Numbered from the stretch's first letter, positions 1 to 11,233 are shown. The stretch is DNA of 55,696 nt from an uncultured Clostridia bacterium (GCA_944390335.1 CALXQA010000001.1:1-55696), one strand, 5' to 3'. Numbers and translations are program-made. The notes: generated by a model from the sequence alone, not told the origin.

Positions 1-317
1 GCCCAATAATATAGTATCCTTTTTATTAAATTCTTTTTCTCTGTCATTTGCATTTCTATATTACAATATTCATTATTATTTATTTTCGCTAATACATCTA
101 CTACTCCTAGCTTTCCTTCTGGCAATTCTTTTTTTAATACTATATTCGGTTCTAAACTTATATCTATTATTTTCTCATCTAGTATTGTACTTAGAAAATC
201 TTTTGTTATATTTTCACTTCCTTTTTCTCCAAATAATATTTGAAATATTACATCTATTTTTGGTGATAATAATTCTTTTGTTTCTTCTTTTTTTCCTTCT
301 TCTATTTTATATGACAA
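1..317 (-). CDS. Rpn-family (YhgA-like, PD-(D/E)XK / transposase_31) recombination-promoting nuclease, N-terminal 105 codons; continues beyond window edge
   Basis: Own translation of minus strand from TTG at 317 (GGAGG 6 nt upstream): SYKIEEGKKEETKELLSPKIDVIFQILFGEKGSENITKDFLSTILDEKIIDISL..GVVDVLAKINNNEYCNIEMQ..RILYYW. The start pattern and the D..E-x-Q nuclease core fit the family. Absent from the ORF track because it is open at the window edge. Confidence 0.6.
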   Translation of the reverse strand, partial: MSYKIEEGKKEETKELLSPKIDVIFQILFGEKGSENITKDFLSTILDEKIIDISLEPNIVLKKELPEGKLGVVDVLAKINNNEYCNIEMQMTEKKNLIKRILYYW

Positions 318-603
318 TATTTTCCTCCTTTTATTTTTTGTTTTATTTTTTTATTTCTTTTTTCTTTATCTTTTATATTGAAAATTTAAGAATAAAAAAT
401 TTGAATAAATTAATTATATTAGGTTTTGAAATAACAGATTAGATGATAAATTTAATAATAAATTTATTATATATCCTAAATTACTAAATTTTAAGATTTT
501 TTCATTGACATAATTCGACTTAATTTTCATAAATTCATAAATAAAACTACATACTTTAGTTTTATCTAAAATATGCAGTTTATTTTTTATAATATTTTTA
601 TTA

Positions 604-2079
604 TTATCTACCCACATAATTACAGTAGTTTTGTATCATAGCTGCTGCTTCTGCTCTTATTGCTGTTCCTCTTGGGTCTGTCATTGTTCCGTTTACTTTT
701 CCGCTCATTACTTTTTTCGCTACTGCCCATGATATACTTTCTTTTGCATAACTTGATATTCCATTTTGGTCTTTAAATTTAGATAGATCAGCTCTACTAC
801 TTGTATCTTTTCCTTTAAATCTAGCATAATTCATTAGTATTGTTGCTAATTGTTCTCTTGTTATATTATTATTTGGTCTAAATTTTCCATCTTCGTATCC
901 ATTTACTATTCCTTTACTTCCTGCCCAATTTACTGCATCATAGTAGTACTCTTGACTTTTTACATCACTAAATTTTTGACCTTCTTGTGATTTTGGACTT
1001 CCTTCCATTCTCCATAATATTGTAACTAAGTTTGCTCTTGTTAGATTGTTATTTGGTGAAAATGTTGTGTCTGATGTTCCCATTATAAGCCCATTATTAT
1101 AACAATATTCTACTGAGTCAAAATACCATGTATCTGCTCCTATATCATTAAAATGCGACTTTTTATATACTATAAGTGGACATTCATATTTTTTGCTTCC
1201 TAACATAGTATATACTTTTGTTTCTCCTACTTTTAGACCAGTTATATCTCCATTTTCATCTATACTTGCTATACTCTTATCTTCAATTTCCCATTTAGCT
1301 GAAGGTATTGTAACTGACGTTCCCCATGGATTTCCTATCTCTTGCTTTATTCCTATATCGCATACTTCAGATATATTTGTTTTATTACCAACTTTAATTG
1401 AATTTGATTTTCTTGAAGTTATGTAATCGAGTTCATCTAAACATGCACTTACTTCATAATCGTCATATTGATATGGTAGTTCCTCACCTAATTCAAATTC
1501 TTCTGGTTCATTTTTTCCAAAACCGAATATATAGAATAATCCTCCTCCATTAGGATTATAAACTATTCCTACTCCTAATGATTTATATTCTGGATTTAAT
1601 ATATTCTTCTTACTTTCTGGGATTTCCATTAATCTATTAAAAATTTCTTCTGTTCCAAGTCCCCATCCCATCTCTTCTGCATCTAAGTTTTTATTTACTG
1701 AAAAACACATTTCTCCATTAGGTCTTACATGGTTCCATCTTACAATTGATTCTATTGCTCTTGTTTTCATCGCTTCCATTAAACCTTTATCTAATTTTAC
1801 TTCTGGCACTCCTGCTTTTCTTCTTTCGTAATTGATTTTATTGCATAAACTTGTCCAACTATTAGGAGCTACTGAATAACCCGCATATTTATATATAGTT
1901 GTTAGCTCTCTTGTATTTTCACTGTCTGTATATCCACTATCTTCTCTATTTACTCCATGTATTACATAATTAAATTCTGGTCTATTATTTGCTGCTTTTG
2001 TTGTATTTATATTTGAAAGCACAATATATACAGCTATAATTATTAATCCTATAATTAATAATTTTAACTCTTTTTTCAT
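604..2079 (-). CDS. SLH-anchored secreted protein 1: signal peptide + CAP/SCP (PR-1/YkwD-like) + Big_2 Ig-like + 3 SLH repeats
   Basis: 491-aa ORF with AAGGAG RBS. Hydrophobic N-terminus LLIIGLIIIAVYIVL..TKA. CAP-like RRKAGVPEVKLDKGL..VRWNHVRPNGE..LGVGIVYN. Big_2-like IASIDENGDITGLKVGETKVY. C-terminal SLH triplet: FNDIG..WY, FSDVK..YYYDAVNWA..GIVNGYEDGKFRPNNNITREQLA, ISSYAKESISWAV. Confidence 0.85.
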   Translation of the reverse strand: MKKELKLLIIGLIIIAVYIVLSNINTTKAANNRPEFNYVIHGVNREDSGYTDSENTRELTTIYKYAGYSVAPNSWTSLCNKINYERRKAGVPEVKLDKGLMEAMKTRAIESIVRWNHVRPNGEMCFSVNKNLDAEEMGWGLGTEEIFNRLMEIPESKKNILNPEYKSLGVGIVYNPNGGGLFYIFGFGKNEPEEFELGEELPYQYDDYEVSACLDELDYITSRKSNSIKVGNKTNISEVCDIGIKQEIGNPWGTSVTIPSAKWEIEDKSIASIDENGDITGLKVGETKVYTMLGSKKYECPLIVYKKSHFNDIGADTWYFDSVEYCYNNGLIMGTSDTTFSPNNNLTRANLVTILWRMEGSPKSQEGQKFSDVKSQEYYYDAVNWAGSKGIVNGYEDGKFRPNNNITREQLATILMNYARFKGKDTSSRADLSKFKDQNGISSYAKESISWAVAKKVMSGKVNGTMTDPRGTAIRAEAAAMIQNYCNYVGR

Positions 2080-2118
2080 TAATTTCTTCTCCTTTTATTT
2101 AAAATATAAATATATCAT

Positions 2119-3447
2119 TTATCTACCTACATAATTACAGTAGTTTTGTATCATAGCTGCTGCTTCTGCTCTTATTGCTGTTCCTGATGGATCTGCCATT
2201 GTTCCATTTACTTTTCCGCTCATTACTTTTTTTGCTACTGCCCATGATATAGAGTCTTTTGCATAACTTGATATTCCATTTTGGTCTTTAAATTTAGATA
2301 GATCTGCTCTACTACTTGTGTCTTTTCCTTTAAACCTAGCATAGTTCATTAGTATTGTTGCTAATTGCTCTCTTGTTATATTATTATTTGGTCTAAATTT
2401 TCCATCTTCATATCCATTTACTATTCCTTTACTTCCTGCCCAGTTTACTGCATCATAATAGTACTCTTGACTTTTTACATCACTAAATTTTTGACCTTCT
2501 GCTGATTTTGGACTTCCTTCCATTCTCCATAGTATTGTTACTAGATTTGCTCTTGTTAAATTGTTATTTGGTGAAAATGTTGTATCTGATGTTCCATATA
2601 TTATTTTATTATCTGTACAATATTTTACTGAATTATAGTACCAGTCTGATGTTTTTATATCACTAAAAGGTACTTCACTGCGTGCTACAAACTTATATCC
2701 TAAATCATTTGCTACTTCTTCTGCTACTGTTCCTTTATATCCATATATAGTTAATTGTGATGTTGGTATATCTCCAAAAGCTGTTCCATCTATTGTATTA
2801 TATATAGATTCTATTCCTTTTGGAAAATAAATTTCTTTTAATGTGTCCATATATCCAAAAGACCACATTGATACTGTTTTTACTGATTCTGGTAAAACAA
2901 CTTTTTCTAATCCAGCTCCCTCAAAAGCAGCCCATTCAATTGTTTCTACTGAGTTTGGTATTTCTATACTTTTTAATGATGTACAATGATAAAAAGTATA
3001 TGAATCAATTACCTTTAAGTTCTTTGGTAGTTTTATATTTTTTAATGCACTACACTCAAAAAATGCTTCATATTCAATTGTAGTTACTGAATCTGGTATT
3101 GTTATACTTTCTAAAGATGTACAATTTGCCAAAGCAGCTTGTTTAATACTTGTTACAGTATTTGGAATTGATATTGTTTTTAATTTTGCACAACTTGAAA
3201 AACTTCCTATCCTTGTAACTTTTTTTCCATTGATTGTTTCTGGAATTGTTGCACTTGTAATCTCTGTATTTGCTTTATATACAGTAATTGTACCATCATC
3301 ATTTTCTGTGTAACTTATTTCATTATTGTATGGTATTGGCTCAGGTGGTTTTGTTGTGGCAGCATTAGATATCCCTGAAAATACCCCTAATGCCATTGTT
3401 ATAACTAAGACTAATGTTATAACTGTGATTAAACTTTTTCTTTTCAT
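2119..3447 (-). CDS. SLH-anchored secreted protein 2: signal peptide + BspA-type leucine-rich repeats + 3 SLH repeats
   Basis: 442-aa ORF with GGGAGG RBS and a signal peptide. Repeated IPNTVTSI..A(F/L)..C..L..I.IP.SV..I units typical of LRR_5/BspA. The last 158 aa differ from ORF 604..2079 at only 4 positions. Confidence 0.85.
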   Translation of the reverse strand: MKRKSLITVITLVLVITMALGVFSGISNAATTKPPEPIPYNNEISYTENDDGTITVYKANTEITSATIPETINGKKVTRIGSFSSCAKLKTISIPNTVTSIKQAALANCTSLESITIPDSVTTIEYEAFFECSALKNIKLPKNLKVIDSYTFYHCTSLKSIEIPNSVETIEWAAFEGAGLEKVVLPESVKTVSMWSFGYMDTLKEIYFPKGIESIYNTIDGTAFGDIPTSQLTIYGYKGTVAEEVANDLGYKFVARSEVPFSDIKTSDWYYNSVKYCTDNKIIYGTSDTTFSPNNNLTRANLVTILWRMEGSPKSAEGQKFSDVKSQEYYYDAVNWAGSKGIVNGYEDGKFRPNNNITREQLATILMNYARFKGKDTSSRADLSKFKDQNGISSYAKDSISWAVAKKVMSGKVNGTMADPSGTAIRAEAAAMIQNYCNYVGR

Positions 3448-3563
3448 AATTTCCTCCCTTTATTTTTATTTATATATTTTAGTAATTTAAAACCTTAATT
3501 AAATTTATGTTATTTCGATTTAATATATTTACTTACATTTTTCAATATTATTATATTTATTTT

Positions 3564-4754
3564 TTATCTACCTACATAATTACAATAATTTTGTATCATA
3601 GCTGCTGCTTCTGCTCTTATTGCTGTTCCTCTTGGGTCTACCATTGTTCCATTTACTTTTCCGCTCATTACTTTTTTTGCTACTGCCCATGATATAGAGT
3701 CTTTTGCATAACTTGATATTCCTTTATTATCTACAAATTTATTTAAGTCTGTTCTTTCCCTTGTATCTTTTCCTTTATATCTTGCATAATTCATTAGTAT
3801 TGTTGCTAATTGTTCTCTTGTTATATTATTATTTGGTCTGAATTTTCCATCTTCATATCCATTTACTATTCCTTTACTTGCTGCCCAGTTTACTGCATCA
3901 TAGTAGTACTCTTGACTTTTTACATCACTAAATTTTAAACTTCCTGATACTTTTTGGTTTCCTTCCATTCTCCATAGTATTGTTACTAAATTTGCCCTTG
4001 TTAGATTGTTATTTGGTGAAAATGTAGTGTCAGTTGTTCCCATTATTATTCCATTATCATAACAGTATTTTACTGAATTATAGTACCATACAGTTTCGCT
4101 AACATCTTTAAAAGGTACTTCTTCTATATCATCTACTGGTATTAAAATTACTTCGCTTTCATATGATGGCTCAGTATCTTCTTTATTAGCATACCCTTTT
4201 AATGTTAATTTTTTATTAAATATATCTATTCCACTACCTTTATACCAAACTTCAGACCCCAAGTCTTTGAATGTTACTTCTATTGTTATGTTATATGAAC
4301 CATCTTCTAATTCTTCTACAAAATTAAATCCTGTTCTGTCAAGTAAATTAGTTTTGTATGTATCGTCTGCTATAAGTTCTATTTTTTCTGTCTCTGCTGA
4401 TTTTTCAATATGTAAACCTATATGTGCAAAAAGTTTATTTTGTAATGTACTTTTTATTTCTTTATAGTATTTGTAGTTTTCATCTATCTGGGAATTTTTT
4501 TGTAATTCTCCTATTATGCTGGCTAAATGTACATTATCTTGCATAATATATATATTATTATTGTCTTCTTTTTGTAATTGTTTTATAGGGAAGATTACGA
4601 CTCTATCATCACCTGTGAAATTTTCATTCATAATATTTATTAATTCTTTTGCTGTTTTTGTTTCTTCTGCTGCTTGCACAGTGCAAGAAATCAAACATGT
4701 TATTGTTGTTATTAACAAAATTAAAATAATCGCTTCTTTTATTATTTTTTTCAT
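3564..4754 (-). CDS. SLH-anchored secreted protein 3 (head of unknown family) + 3 SLH repeats
   Basis: 396-aa ORF with AGGAGG RBS. Signal peptide with a Cys-containing hydrophobic region (ITCLISCTVQA). ~210-aa head with no family I recognise. Canonical SLH triplet tail. Confidence 0.8.
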   Translation of the reverse strand: MKKIIKEAIILILLITTITCLISCTVQAAEETKTAKELINIMNENFTGDDRVVIFPIKQLQKEDNNNIYIMQDNVHLASIIGELQKNSQIDENYKYYKEIKSTLQNKLFAHIGLHIEKSAETEKIELIADDTYKTNLLDRTGFNFVEELEDGSYNITIEVTFKDLGSEVWYKGSGIDIFNKKLTLKGYANKEDTEPSYESEVILIPVDDIEEVPFKDVSETVWYYNSVKYCYDNGIIMGTTDTTFSPNNNLTRANLVTILWRMEGNQKVSGSLKFSDVKSQEYYYDAVNWAASKGIVNGYEDGKFRPNNNITREQLATILMNYARYKGKDTRERTDLNKFVDNKGISSYAKDSISWAVAKKVMSGKVNGTMVDPRGTAIRAEAAAMIQNYCNYVGR

Positions 4755-4785
4755 CTAACTTTCCTCCTTTTTTTATTTTAATAAG

Positions 4786-7413
4786 TTATCTACCTACATA
4801 ATTACAATAATTAGTTATCATAGCTGCTGCTTCTGCTCTTATTGCTGTTCCTGATGGGTCAACCATTGTTCCGTTTACTTTTCCGCTCATTACTTTCTTA
4901 GCTACTGCCCATGATATGCTATCCTTTGCATAACTTGATATTCCTTTATTATCTACAAATTTATTTAAGTCTGTTCTTTCTCTTGTATCTTTTCCTTTAT
5001 ATTTTGCATAATTCATTAGTATTGTTGCTAATTGTTCTCTTGTTATATTATTATTTGGTCTGAATTTTCCATCTTCATATCCATTTACTATTCCTTTACT
5101 TGCTGCCCAATTTACTGCATCATAATAATACTCTTGGCTTTTTACATCACTAAATTTTGAGCTTCCTGATACCTTTTTGCTTCCTTCCATTCTCCATAGT
5201 ATTGTAACTAGGTTAGCCCTTGTTAAGTTGTTATTTGGTGAAAATGTGGTATCTGTTGTTCCATATATTATTTTATTATCTGTACAATATTTTACTGAAT
5301 TATAGTACCAATCAGATAACTTTATATCTCTAAATGGCATTTCTGGTTTTAGTATGCTTACTGTTTTTTCTACATAACAAGCTTTATAATTGTCAGATGG
5401 TGGAATACTTACATAAACTTCATATTCTCCTATTTCTGTAGGTACAGAATTACTTGACCACATAGATCCAACTTCTCCATAAAAGAACTCGACCTGAACA
5501 TTTGTGGGGTTTTTGGTTATTACTGGTGTAAGTTTGCCTTGTCCATATATTATATCTTTTATTTCAAAATCAAATTCTCTTTCTGCTTTCTCTATTTCAT
5601 ATTCTGCTGTAGCTGTTCCTGTATAGCTTCCATTTCCTTTTACAGTTACATTCTTAGTTCCTGCATTTGTTACATCACTACTATATGTTATTGTATAGTC
5701 TTGGTTAACTTTAAGTATTTTACTTCCATAATATATTGTTACATTTGGTTTTTGTGCTGTTTTATTATATGTAAATTTGTCAGTATTTAGAGTGATCATT
5801 CCGTTTGATATAGGAATTGCATTATTTGTGCTAAATTTAATACTATTATTATTTGCATATTCTTGTGCTTTAGAACCTTCTGTTCCATATATTGTTAAAT
5901 TATAGCTATCTTTAAAAGCCTTATTAGCTATATTGGTTATACTGCTTGGCACTTTTGCGACATATAGTTTTGGATTCCAATAAAAAGAATATTCATCTAA
6001 TTTGGCAGTGCATCCATCTTCTATTATTACACTGCCTAGTTCATTACATTGTGAAAATGCATCTTCTCCAATGCTTGTTACAGTTTTTGGTATTGTTATT
6101 CCTCTTATTGTAGAATAATGAAAAGCATCTCGTCCTATCTCTGTTAGTCCCTGATTGAGCACAATGTTTTCTATATTATGTTCATAAAATGCATATGGAT
6201 TTATTGTCTTTAATGTACTAGGAGTTACTAAAGATTTTACTTCTTTATTAGGCATTAAGCACATTAATATAGTTTTATTTTTGTCATATATTACATTATT
6301 TTCTACTACCAAATTCTTAGAATTAATAGTTAAATTATTTAAATTAGTACATCCTTCAAAAGCCCTTCCTCCAATATATTCTACATTTTCTGGTATTACT
6401 AATGATGTAAGCTTATTACAATTTAAAAATACAGCTTCTCCTATTTTTTCTATTGTTTTTGGAAGTGTTACGCTTAATACTTCTGTCTCACCATAAGCAT
6501 TTCCCCAATAAAATGCATCTGCATCAATCATTGTTACTTTTTTTCCATTTATTTCTTCTGGAATTACTATATTCCCATCAAATCCATTATATTGTCTTAT
6601 ATTTATTGTTCCATCGGCTCTAGTAGAATAATATAATCCATATGGCTGTTCTGTAACACTATAGTATCTTGGTGCTTTTTCATTATATCCTGCTTCTGCT
6701 ATATATACTTTCCCATCTATAAGTACAGATACATTTCTATGTCCACTTCCTGCTCCTGGGTCTATTGCAGCATACCTTAATTGAGATTTTAAACCAACCA
6801 TATTGCACATTTCTATTATGCAATATGAACTTGCCCAGCAGTCTCCTCCTCCACTTAAAATCATCCCTTGATAGCTTGATGCATTTGCTGAATAGTCATA
6901 ACTTGCTACAAATTCGCAAATTTTTTTTAGCTTATCTAAATTAGACATATTACTAGTTATATTTTTATTTATGTATTCTTGCAGTACATTTTTAGAATAA
7001 TAATTTACATAATTTATAACATTAATAGTTATATTAAAAGTACTTCCTGCGACTGTAACTTTTATTTTAGCAGTCCCATATTCATACTTTTTATATGTTC
7101 CTGTTATACTTCCTCCTACATATGTAACATTTTGATATTTAGGTTCTACTAAGCCATTCTCACTTACACTTACAATATCTTGACCTTCTATCACTTCATA
7201 TTTAGCTTTTTCTGTTGTTCCATTTATTTTTATTTGATAAGTAGTTGGATATTCACTTGGTAGAGTTACAGAATATGCTTTTGAAATATATCCATCTATT
7301 TGATAAATGTCTACAGAAGTTTTTTCTACTGAAATTGCAGCATTTGATTTTATATTAAATATAACTAATATAGAAAAAACAAATATTAAACTTATACATA
7401 ACTTTTTATACAT
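4786..7413 (-). CDS. SLH-anchored secreted protein 4: transglutaminase-like Cys protease core + BspA-type LRR + Ig-like repeats + 3 SLH repeats
   Basis: 875-aa ORF with GGGAGG RBS and a signal peptide. GGGDCWASSYCIIEMCNMVGL...GSGHRNVSVLIDGKVYIAEAG resembles the Cys/His transglutaminase core. LRR_5-like units (ITLPKTIEKIGEAVFLNCNKLTSLVIPENVEYIG...). Ig-like FTYNKTAQKPNVTIYYG..YTITYSSDVTNAGTKNVTVKGNGSYTG. SLH tail. Confidence 0.8.
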   Translation of the reverse strand: MYKKLCISLIFVFSILVIFNIKSNAAISVEKTSVDIYQIDGYISKAYSVTLPSEYPTTYQIKINGTTEKAKYEVIEGQDIVSVSENGLVEPKYQNVTYVGGSITGTYKKYEYGTAKIKVTVAGSTFNITINVINYVNYYSKNVLQEYINKNITSNMSNLDKLKKICEFVASYDYSANASSYQGMILSGGGDCWASSYCIIEMCNMVGLKSQLRYAAIDPGAGSGHRNVSVLIDGKVYIAEAGYNEKAPRYYSVTEQPYGLYYSTRADGTINIRQYNGFDGNIVIPEEINGKKVTMIDADAFYWGNAYGETEVLSVTLPKTIEKIGEAVFLNCNKLTSLVIPENVEYIGGRAFEGCTNLNNLTINSKNLVVENNVIYDKNKTILMCLMPNKEVKSLVTPSTLKTINPYAFYEHNIENIVLNQGLTEIGRDAFHYSTIRGITIPKTVTSIGEDAFSQCNELGSVIIEDGCTAKLDEYSFYWNPKLYVAKVPSSITNIANKAFKDSYNLTIYGTEGSKAQEYANNNSIKFSTNNAIPISNGMITLNTDKFTYNKTAQKPNVTIYYGSKILKVNQDYTITYSSDVTNAGTKNVTVKGNGSYTGTATAEYEIEKAEREFDFEIKDIIYGQGKLTPVITKNPTNVQVEFFYGEVGSMWSSNSVPTEIGEYEVYVSIPPSDNYKACYVEKTVSILKPEMPFRDIKLSDWYYNSVKYCTDNKIIYGTTDTTFSPNNNLTRANLVTILWRMEGSKKVSGSSKFSDVKSQEYYYDAVNWAASKGIVNGYEDGKFRPNNNITREQLATILMNYAKYKGKDTRERTDLNKFVDNKGISSYAKDSISWAVAKKVMSGKVNGTMVDPSGTAIRAEAAAMITNYCNYVGR

Positions 7414-7437
7414 AGCATCCTCCCTTTTATCTTTTTA

Positions 7438-10065
7438 TTATCTACCTATATAATTACAATAATTAGCTATCATAGCTGCCGCTTCTGCTCTTGATGCAGT
7501 TCCAGCTGGATCTATTCTTGTACCATTTACTTTTCCACTCATTACATTTTTAGCTACTGCCCATGATATAGAGTCTTTTGCATAACTTGATATTCCTTTA
7601 TTATCTACAAATTTATTTAAGTCTGTTCTTTCCCTTGTATCTTTTCCTTTATATTTTGCATAATTCATTAGTATTGTTGCTAGTTGTTCTCTTGTTATAT
7701 TATTATTTGGTCTGAATTTTCCATCTTTATATCCATTTACTATTCCTTTGCTTGCTGCCCAGTTTACTGCATCATAATAATATTGGTTTTTAGTTACATC
7801 TACAAACTTCTGATTATTTCCTTCTACTTTACTTCCTTCCATTCTCCATAGTATTGTAACTAGATTAGCTCTTGTTAAATTATTGTTTGGTGAAAATGTT
7901 GTATCTGTTGTTCCATATATTATTTTATTATCTGTGCAATATTTTACTGAATTATAATACCAATCTGCCTCTTTTACATCTTTAAAAGGAAATGGAGTTT
8001 CTTTTTTAGTAATCGTTATTTTTATTATTTTTGTAACATCTCCACATGTAACAGTTATATTTGTGCCACCTTCTTTTATCCCTGTTATTAATCCATCTTG
8101 TCTTATTGTAGCTATATTTTTATTATCTGAATTAAATGTTATTATTGAATTTCCTCCATTATCTGGTACAGTTTTTGCATTTATTTTATATGTTTGTCCT
8201 TCTTGTATATTTACACTTGCTGTATTTAAATTAATATCTGTTACAGGACTTATATCTTCTGAATATAAATCTTTAAATACACTTCTATATGTATAATCAA
8301 TTAATTTTCCCGTTCCATCATCTACATTATGTATTGTTATTTCAAAAACATCTCCATTTCTATATGCTATTGTATCATCTTTAAAAGTTAATTGTTTTGA
8401 GTCTACTGCTCTTAATAATTTTCCGGACTCATTTTTATTTGCTTGAGTTATATTATATATTTTTCCACTATTTAAGCATTTTATTGTTACTTCCGTTTTT
8501 GCTGATACTTTATAATTGTTATAAAATCTAGCTGTCCAATTCCCAATTCCATTAGAGACCATATTTAGTGGGAATATACCATTGCTTGGCCATGCTACTA
8601 AATCTACTTTATTATAGTTTGATTCTGGTGAAAATTTATGAACTGATTGTATCATCATAGAAAGACCTTCCCCTGCTAATCCTATTCCCCATTGTGTATT
8701 ACTAGGTTCTAATAAATTATATCTATGTCCACAACCTATTGAGTCTCCTTGTGTATCATTAAGTGCATTTGATATACTTGTTTGTGGATTGCCATTATAT
8801 AGATTTTCAACCATATATTGTTGTGCTTTATTATAGTAGTCATCACTAAGTTCAGATGGTTTTTCTGGATAGTGTCCGCCTTGAAGTCCATGTGAACTAT
8901 TATATAAAACTAAAGTTGCCTTTGCCTGTGCACTTTCCACTATACTACTATTTAATTTTACTTCTGAAAGTCCCATTCCTACTCTTGCTACATTTAAATA
9001 ATCATTACTTACCTGTAATACACTATCATTCATTTTTCCTGCAGTAATCGGCATATTATCATATTCAGGTTCTACATCAAAATAGCTATTATTATTTTTT
9101 TCAAAAAAGTCATTTGCTTTTTCTGTACTTTCTCCTAATTTATTATATGCTACTTTTGCCTTTGCTAATAGTTCTTGTTCTCTTTCAGTTAATGCTACAC
9201 TTTTTGTTTCTTCTGAAAAATTAGGATCTATGAAAGTTATTGTTAGTTTTGCTTTTATTGGACTTTCACTAGTTATATCTAAATCATAAAATAAATATTT
9301 ATAATTTTCTGCTTTTGTATAATTTTTAGAATATTCTCCTATTCCTATTGGGTTTGGAAGATATGTATAAAAATCAAGTGTTCTACTCATTATTAAACTT
9401 ATATATTTTGCACTTCCAGTATTTATTCCATAATTATATAAATCTGTTCCATTTTCTTTTAATTGCTCATTAGTATAAAACAAATCCTCATCTATACTTG
9501 TTTGTGTAAAACTATATCCAAATAATTTTGCAAGTATTTTACTTACTATAATTGTATGCTTTTGCAAATCATATAAATAACTATTATCATTTTTATATCT
9601 ACCCCAATAGTTATTTACATCTTGTGTGCTACAATTATATTCATATATTCCTATTATGTTATTTGAATCATCTGTCATTGTACTTCCTGATAAATATGAT
9701 ATATATGGTGATTCTTTTCCTCCATATGAATATTTCTTTGTTACAAAATTTCCTCCTATAGCACCAAATCCTTTTATTTTTCCTGATTCATCTGTTTCAA
9801 TATTTAAATACCAAGTTAGATTATTATCATAATATGAATATGCCTTACCACCAAAAGCAGATTTTCCTTCTACTTTTGGCGTTCCAAACTTACTGTTTAT
9901 TTGTGCTATTGTTGTATTTTTAGTTATTGTATATCCATTAAATTTTATTAAATCATCTGCATTAAGTCCATTGTTACTTGATGTTGCTAATGATATTGTT
10001 GGCACTATATAAGCCATAATAATTACTGTTACAAAAATTGTTAATATTATTTTTAGATTTTTCAT
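7438..10065 (-). CDS. SLH-anchored secreted protein 5: large head with CAP/SCP-like domain + Big_2 + 3 SLH repeats
   Basis: 875-aa ORF with GGAGG RBS and a signal peptide. CAP-like YLNVARVGMGLSEVKLNSSIVESAQ..GHYPEKPSE..GCGHRYNLLEPSNTQWGIG. Big_2-like ITFNSDNKNIATIRQDGLITGIKEGGTNITVT. SLH tail. Confidence 0.8.
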   Translation of the reverse strand: MKNLKIILTIFVTVIIMAYIVPTISLATSSNNGLNADDLIKFNGYTITKNTTIAQINSKFGTPKVEGKSAFGGKAYSYYDNNLTWYLNIETDESGKIKGFGAIGGNFVTKKYSYGGKESPYISYLSGSTMTDDSNNIIGIYEYNCSTQDVNNYWGRYKNDNSYLYDLQKHTIIVSKILAKLFGYSFTQTSIDEDLFYTNEQLKENGTDLYNYGINTGSAKYISLIMSRTLDFYTYLPNPIGIGEYSKNYTKAENYKYLFYDLDITSESPIKAKLTITFIDPNFSEETKSVALTEREQELLAKAKVAYNKLGESTEKANDFFEKNNNSYFDVEPEYDNMPITAGKMNDSVLQVSNDYLNVARVGMGLSEVKLNSSIVESAQAKATLVLYNSSHGLQGGHYPEKPSELSDDYYNKAQQYMVENLYNGNPQTSISNALNDTQGDSIGCGHRYNLLEPSNTQWGIGLAGEGLSMMIQSVHKFSPESNYNKVDLVAWPSNGIFPLNMVSNGIGNWTARFYNNYKVSAKTEVTIKCLNSGKIYNITQANKNESGKLLRAVDSKQLTFKDDTIAYRNGDVFEITIHNVDDGTGKLIDYTYRSVFKDLYSEDISPVTDINLNTASVNIQEGQTYKINAKTVPDNGGNSIITFNSDNKNIATIRQDGLITGIKEGGTNITVTCGDVTKIIKITITKKETPFPFKDVKEADWYYNSVKYCTDNKIIYGTTDTTFSPNNNLTRANLVTILWRMEGSKVEGNNQKFVDVTKNQYYYDAVNWAASKGIVNGYKDGKFRPNNNITREQLATILMNYAKYKGKDTRERTDLNKFVDNKGISSYAKDSISWAVAKNVMSGKVNGTRIDPAGTASRAEAAAMIANYCNYIGR

Positions 10066-10104
10066 TTATCCTCCACTGCCTTTTTTTATAAATCTTTTTA
10101 ATTT

Positions 10105-11193
10105 TTATCTACCTACATAATTGCAATAATTAGCTATCATTGCTGCTGCTTCTGCTCTTATTGCTGTTCCTGATGGATCTACCCTTGTACCATTTACTTT
10201 TCCGCTTATTACTTTTTTAGCTACTGCCCAAGATATAGCGTCCTTTGCATAACTTGATATTCCTTTATTATCTACAAATTTATTTAAATCTGTTCTTTGA
10301 GATGTATCTTTTCCTTTGAATTTTGCATAATTCATCAGTATTGTTGCTAACTGTTCTCTTGTTATATTATTATTTGGTCTGAATTTTCCATCTTCATATC
10401 CATTTACCACATTGCTTTTCTCTGCCCATTTTATTGCTTCATAATAGTACTGGTCCTGCTTTACATCACTGAATCTTTGGTTTCCTGTGACTTTTGGTTC
10501 TCCTTCCATTCTCCATAGTATTGTAACTAGCATTCCTCTTGTTAGCTTTCCATTCGGATTAAATGTATAATCATTTATACCATATATTATTTTATTGTCA
10601 TTATTAAATTTTACTGAGTTATAATACCAGTCTGATTTTTTTACATCTGTAAATGGTATTACGTTGTATATTTTTACTGTGTCTTTAACTTTAAACGAAT
10701 TTACTATTCCATTTTTTTCTGAACTATTTAGGTAACTTTCATTTTGTGTACCTAACATTATAACATAAACATAATTATCTGAATTTACTACATATATTTC
10801 ACCATACATAATTCTAAATGTTGATGTATCTTTAAATTTTAGTCTCATACCTTTATATCCGTTTTGTTCTATTATATTTGATGATATATATTCATACCCT
10901 TCTCCATATGTTTCTTCAAAAAAGTTTTCCATATATTGCATGAATAGCTCATTTATTTGTATTCCATTATTTTCATATTGCCCTGGTACTGAACTTTCTA
11001 TTGATAATGCTATTGTATTGTTGCTATTCATACTTGCTAGTGTATATTGTGTCTTTTCTGTTATAAAACTATCTGGTACATTTACTTTAAATGTGTCTGT
11101 TTCATATTCTTTACCTTTTGATACTGTTGCACTTATAAATAATATAGCCAATATAAATATTATTGTTAAAATAACTTTATTTTTTGTTTTCAT
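10105..11193 (-). CDS. SLH-anchored secreted protein 6 (small head of unknown family) + 3 SLH repeats
   Basis: 362-aa ORF with AAGGAGAG RBS and a signal peptide. ~150-aa head that I cannot assign. SLH triplet (FTDVKKSDWYYNSV.., FSDVKQDQYYYEAIKWA.., ISSYAKDAISWAV..). Confidence 0.8.
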   Translation of the reverse strand: MKTKNKVILTIIFILAILFISATVSKGKEYETDTFKVNVPDSFITEKTQYTLASMNSNNTIALSIESSVPGQYENNGIQINELFMQYMENFFEETYGEGYEYISSNIIEQNGYKGMRLKFKDTSTFRIMYGEIYVVNSDNYVYVIMLGTQNESYLNSSEKNGIVNSFKVKDTVKIYNVIPFTDVKKSDWYYNSVKFNNDNKIIYGINDYTFNPNGKLTRGMLVTILWRMEGEPKVTGNQRFSDVKQDQYYYEAIKWAEKSNVVNGYEDGKFRPNNNITREQLATILMNYAKFKGKDTSQRTDLNKFVDNKGISSYAKDAISWAVAKKVISGKVNGTRVDPSGTAIRAEAAAMIANYCNYVGR

Positions 11194-11233
11194 AATTTTT
11201 CTCTCCTTTTATTTTCTTTTTTATTTTTATATC

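Noticed and set aside
414-617. 67-aa minus-strand ORF overlapping the stop of the first SLH gene.
   Set aside because: No RBS, low-complexity Asn/Leu/Ile composition, and it overlaps a well-supported gene end. It is probably non-coding terminator or spacer DNA.
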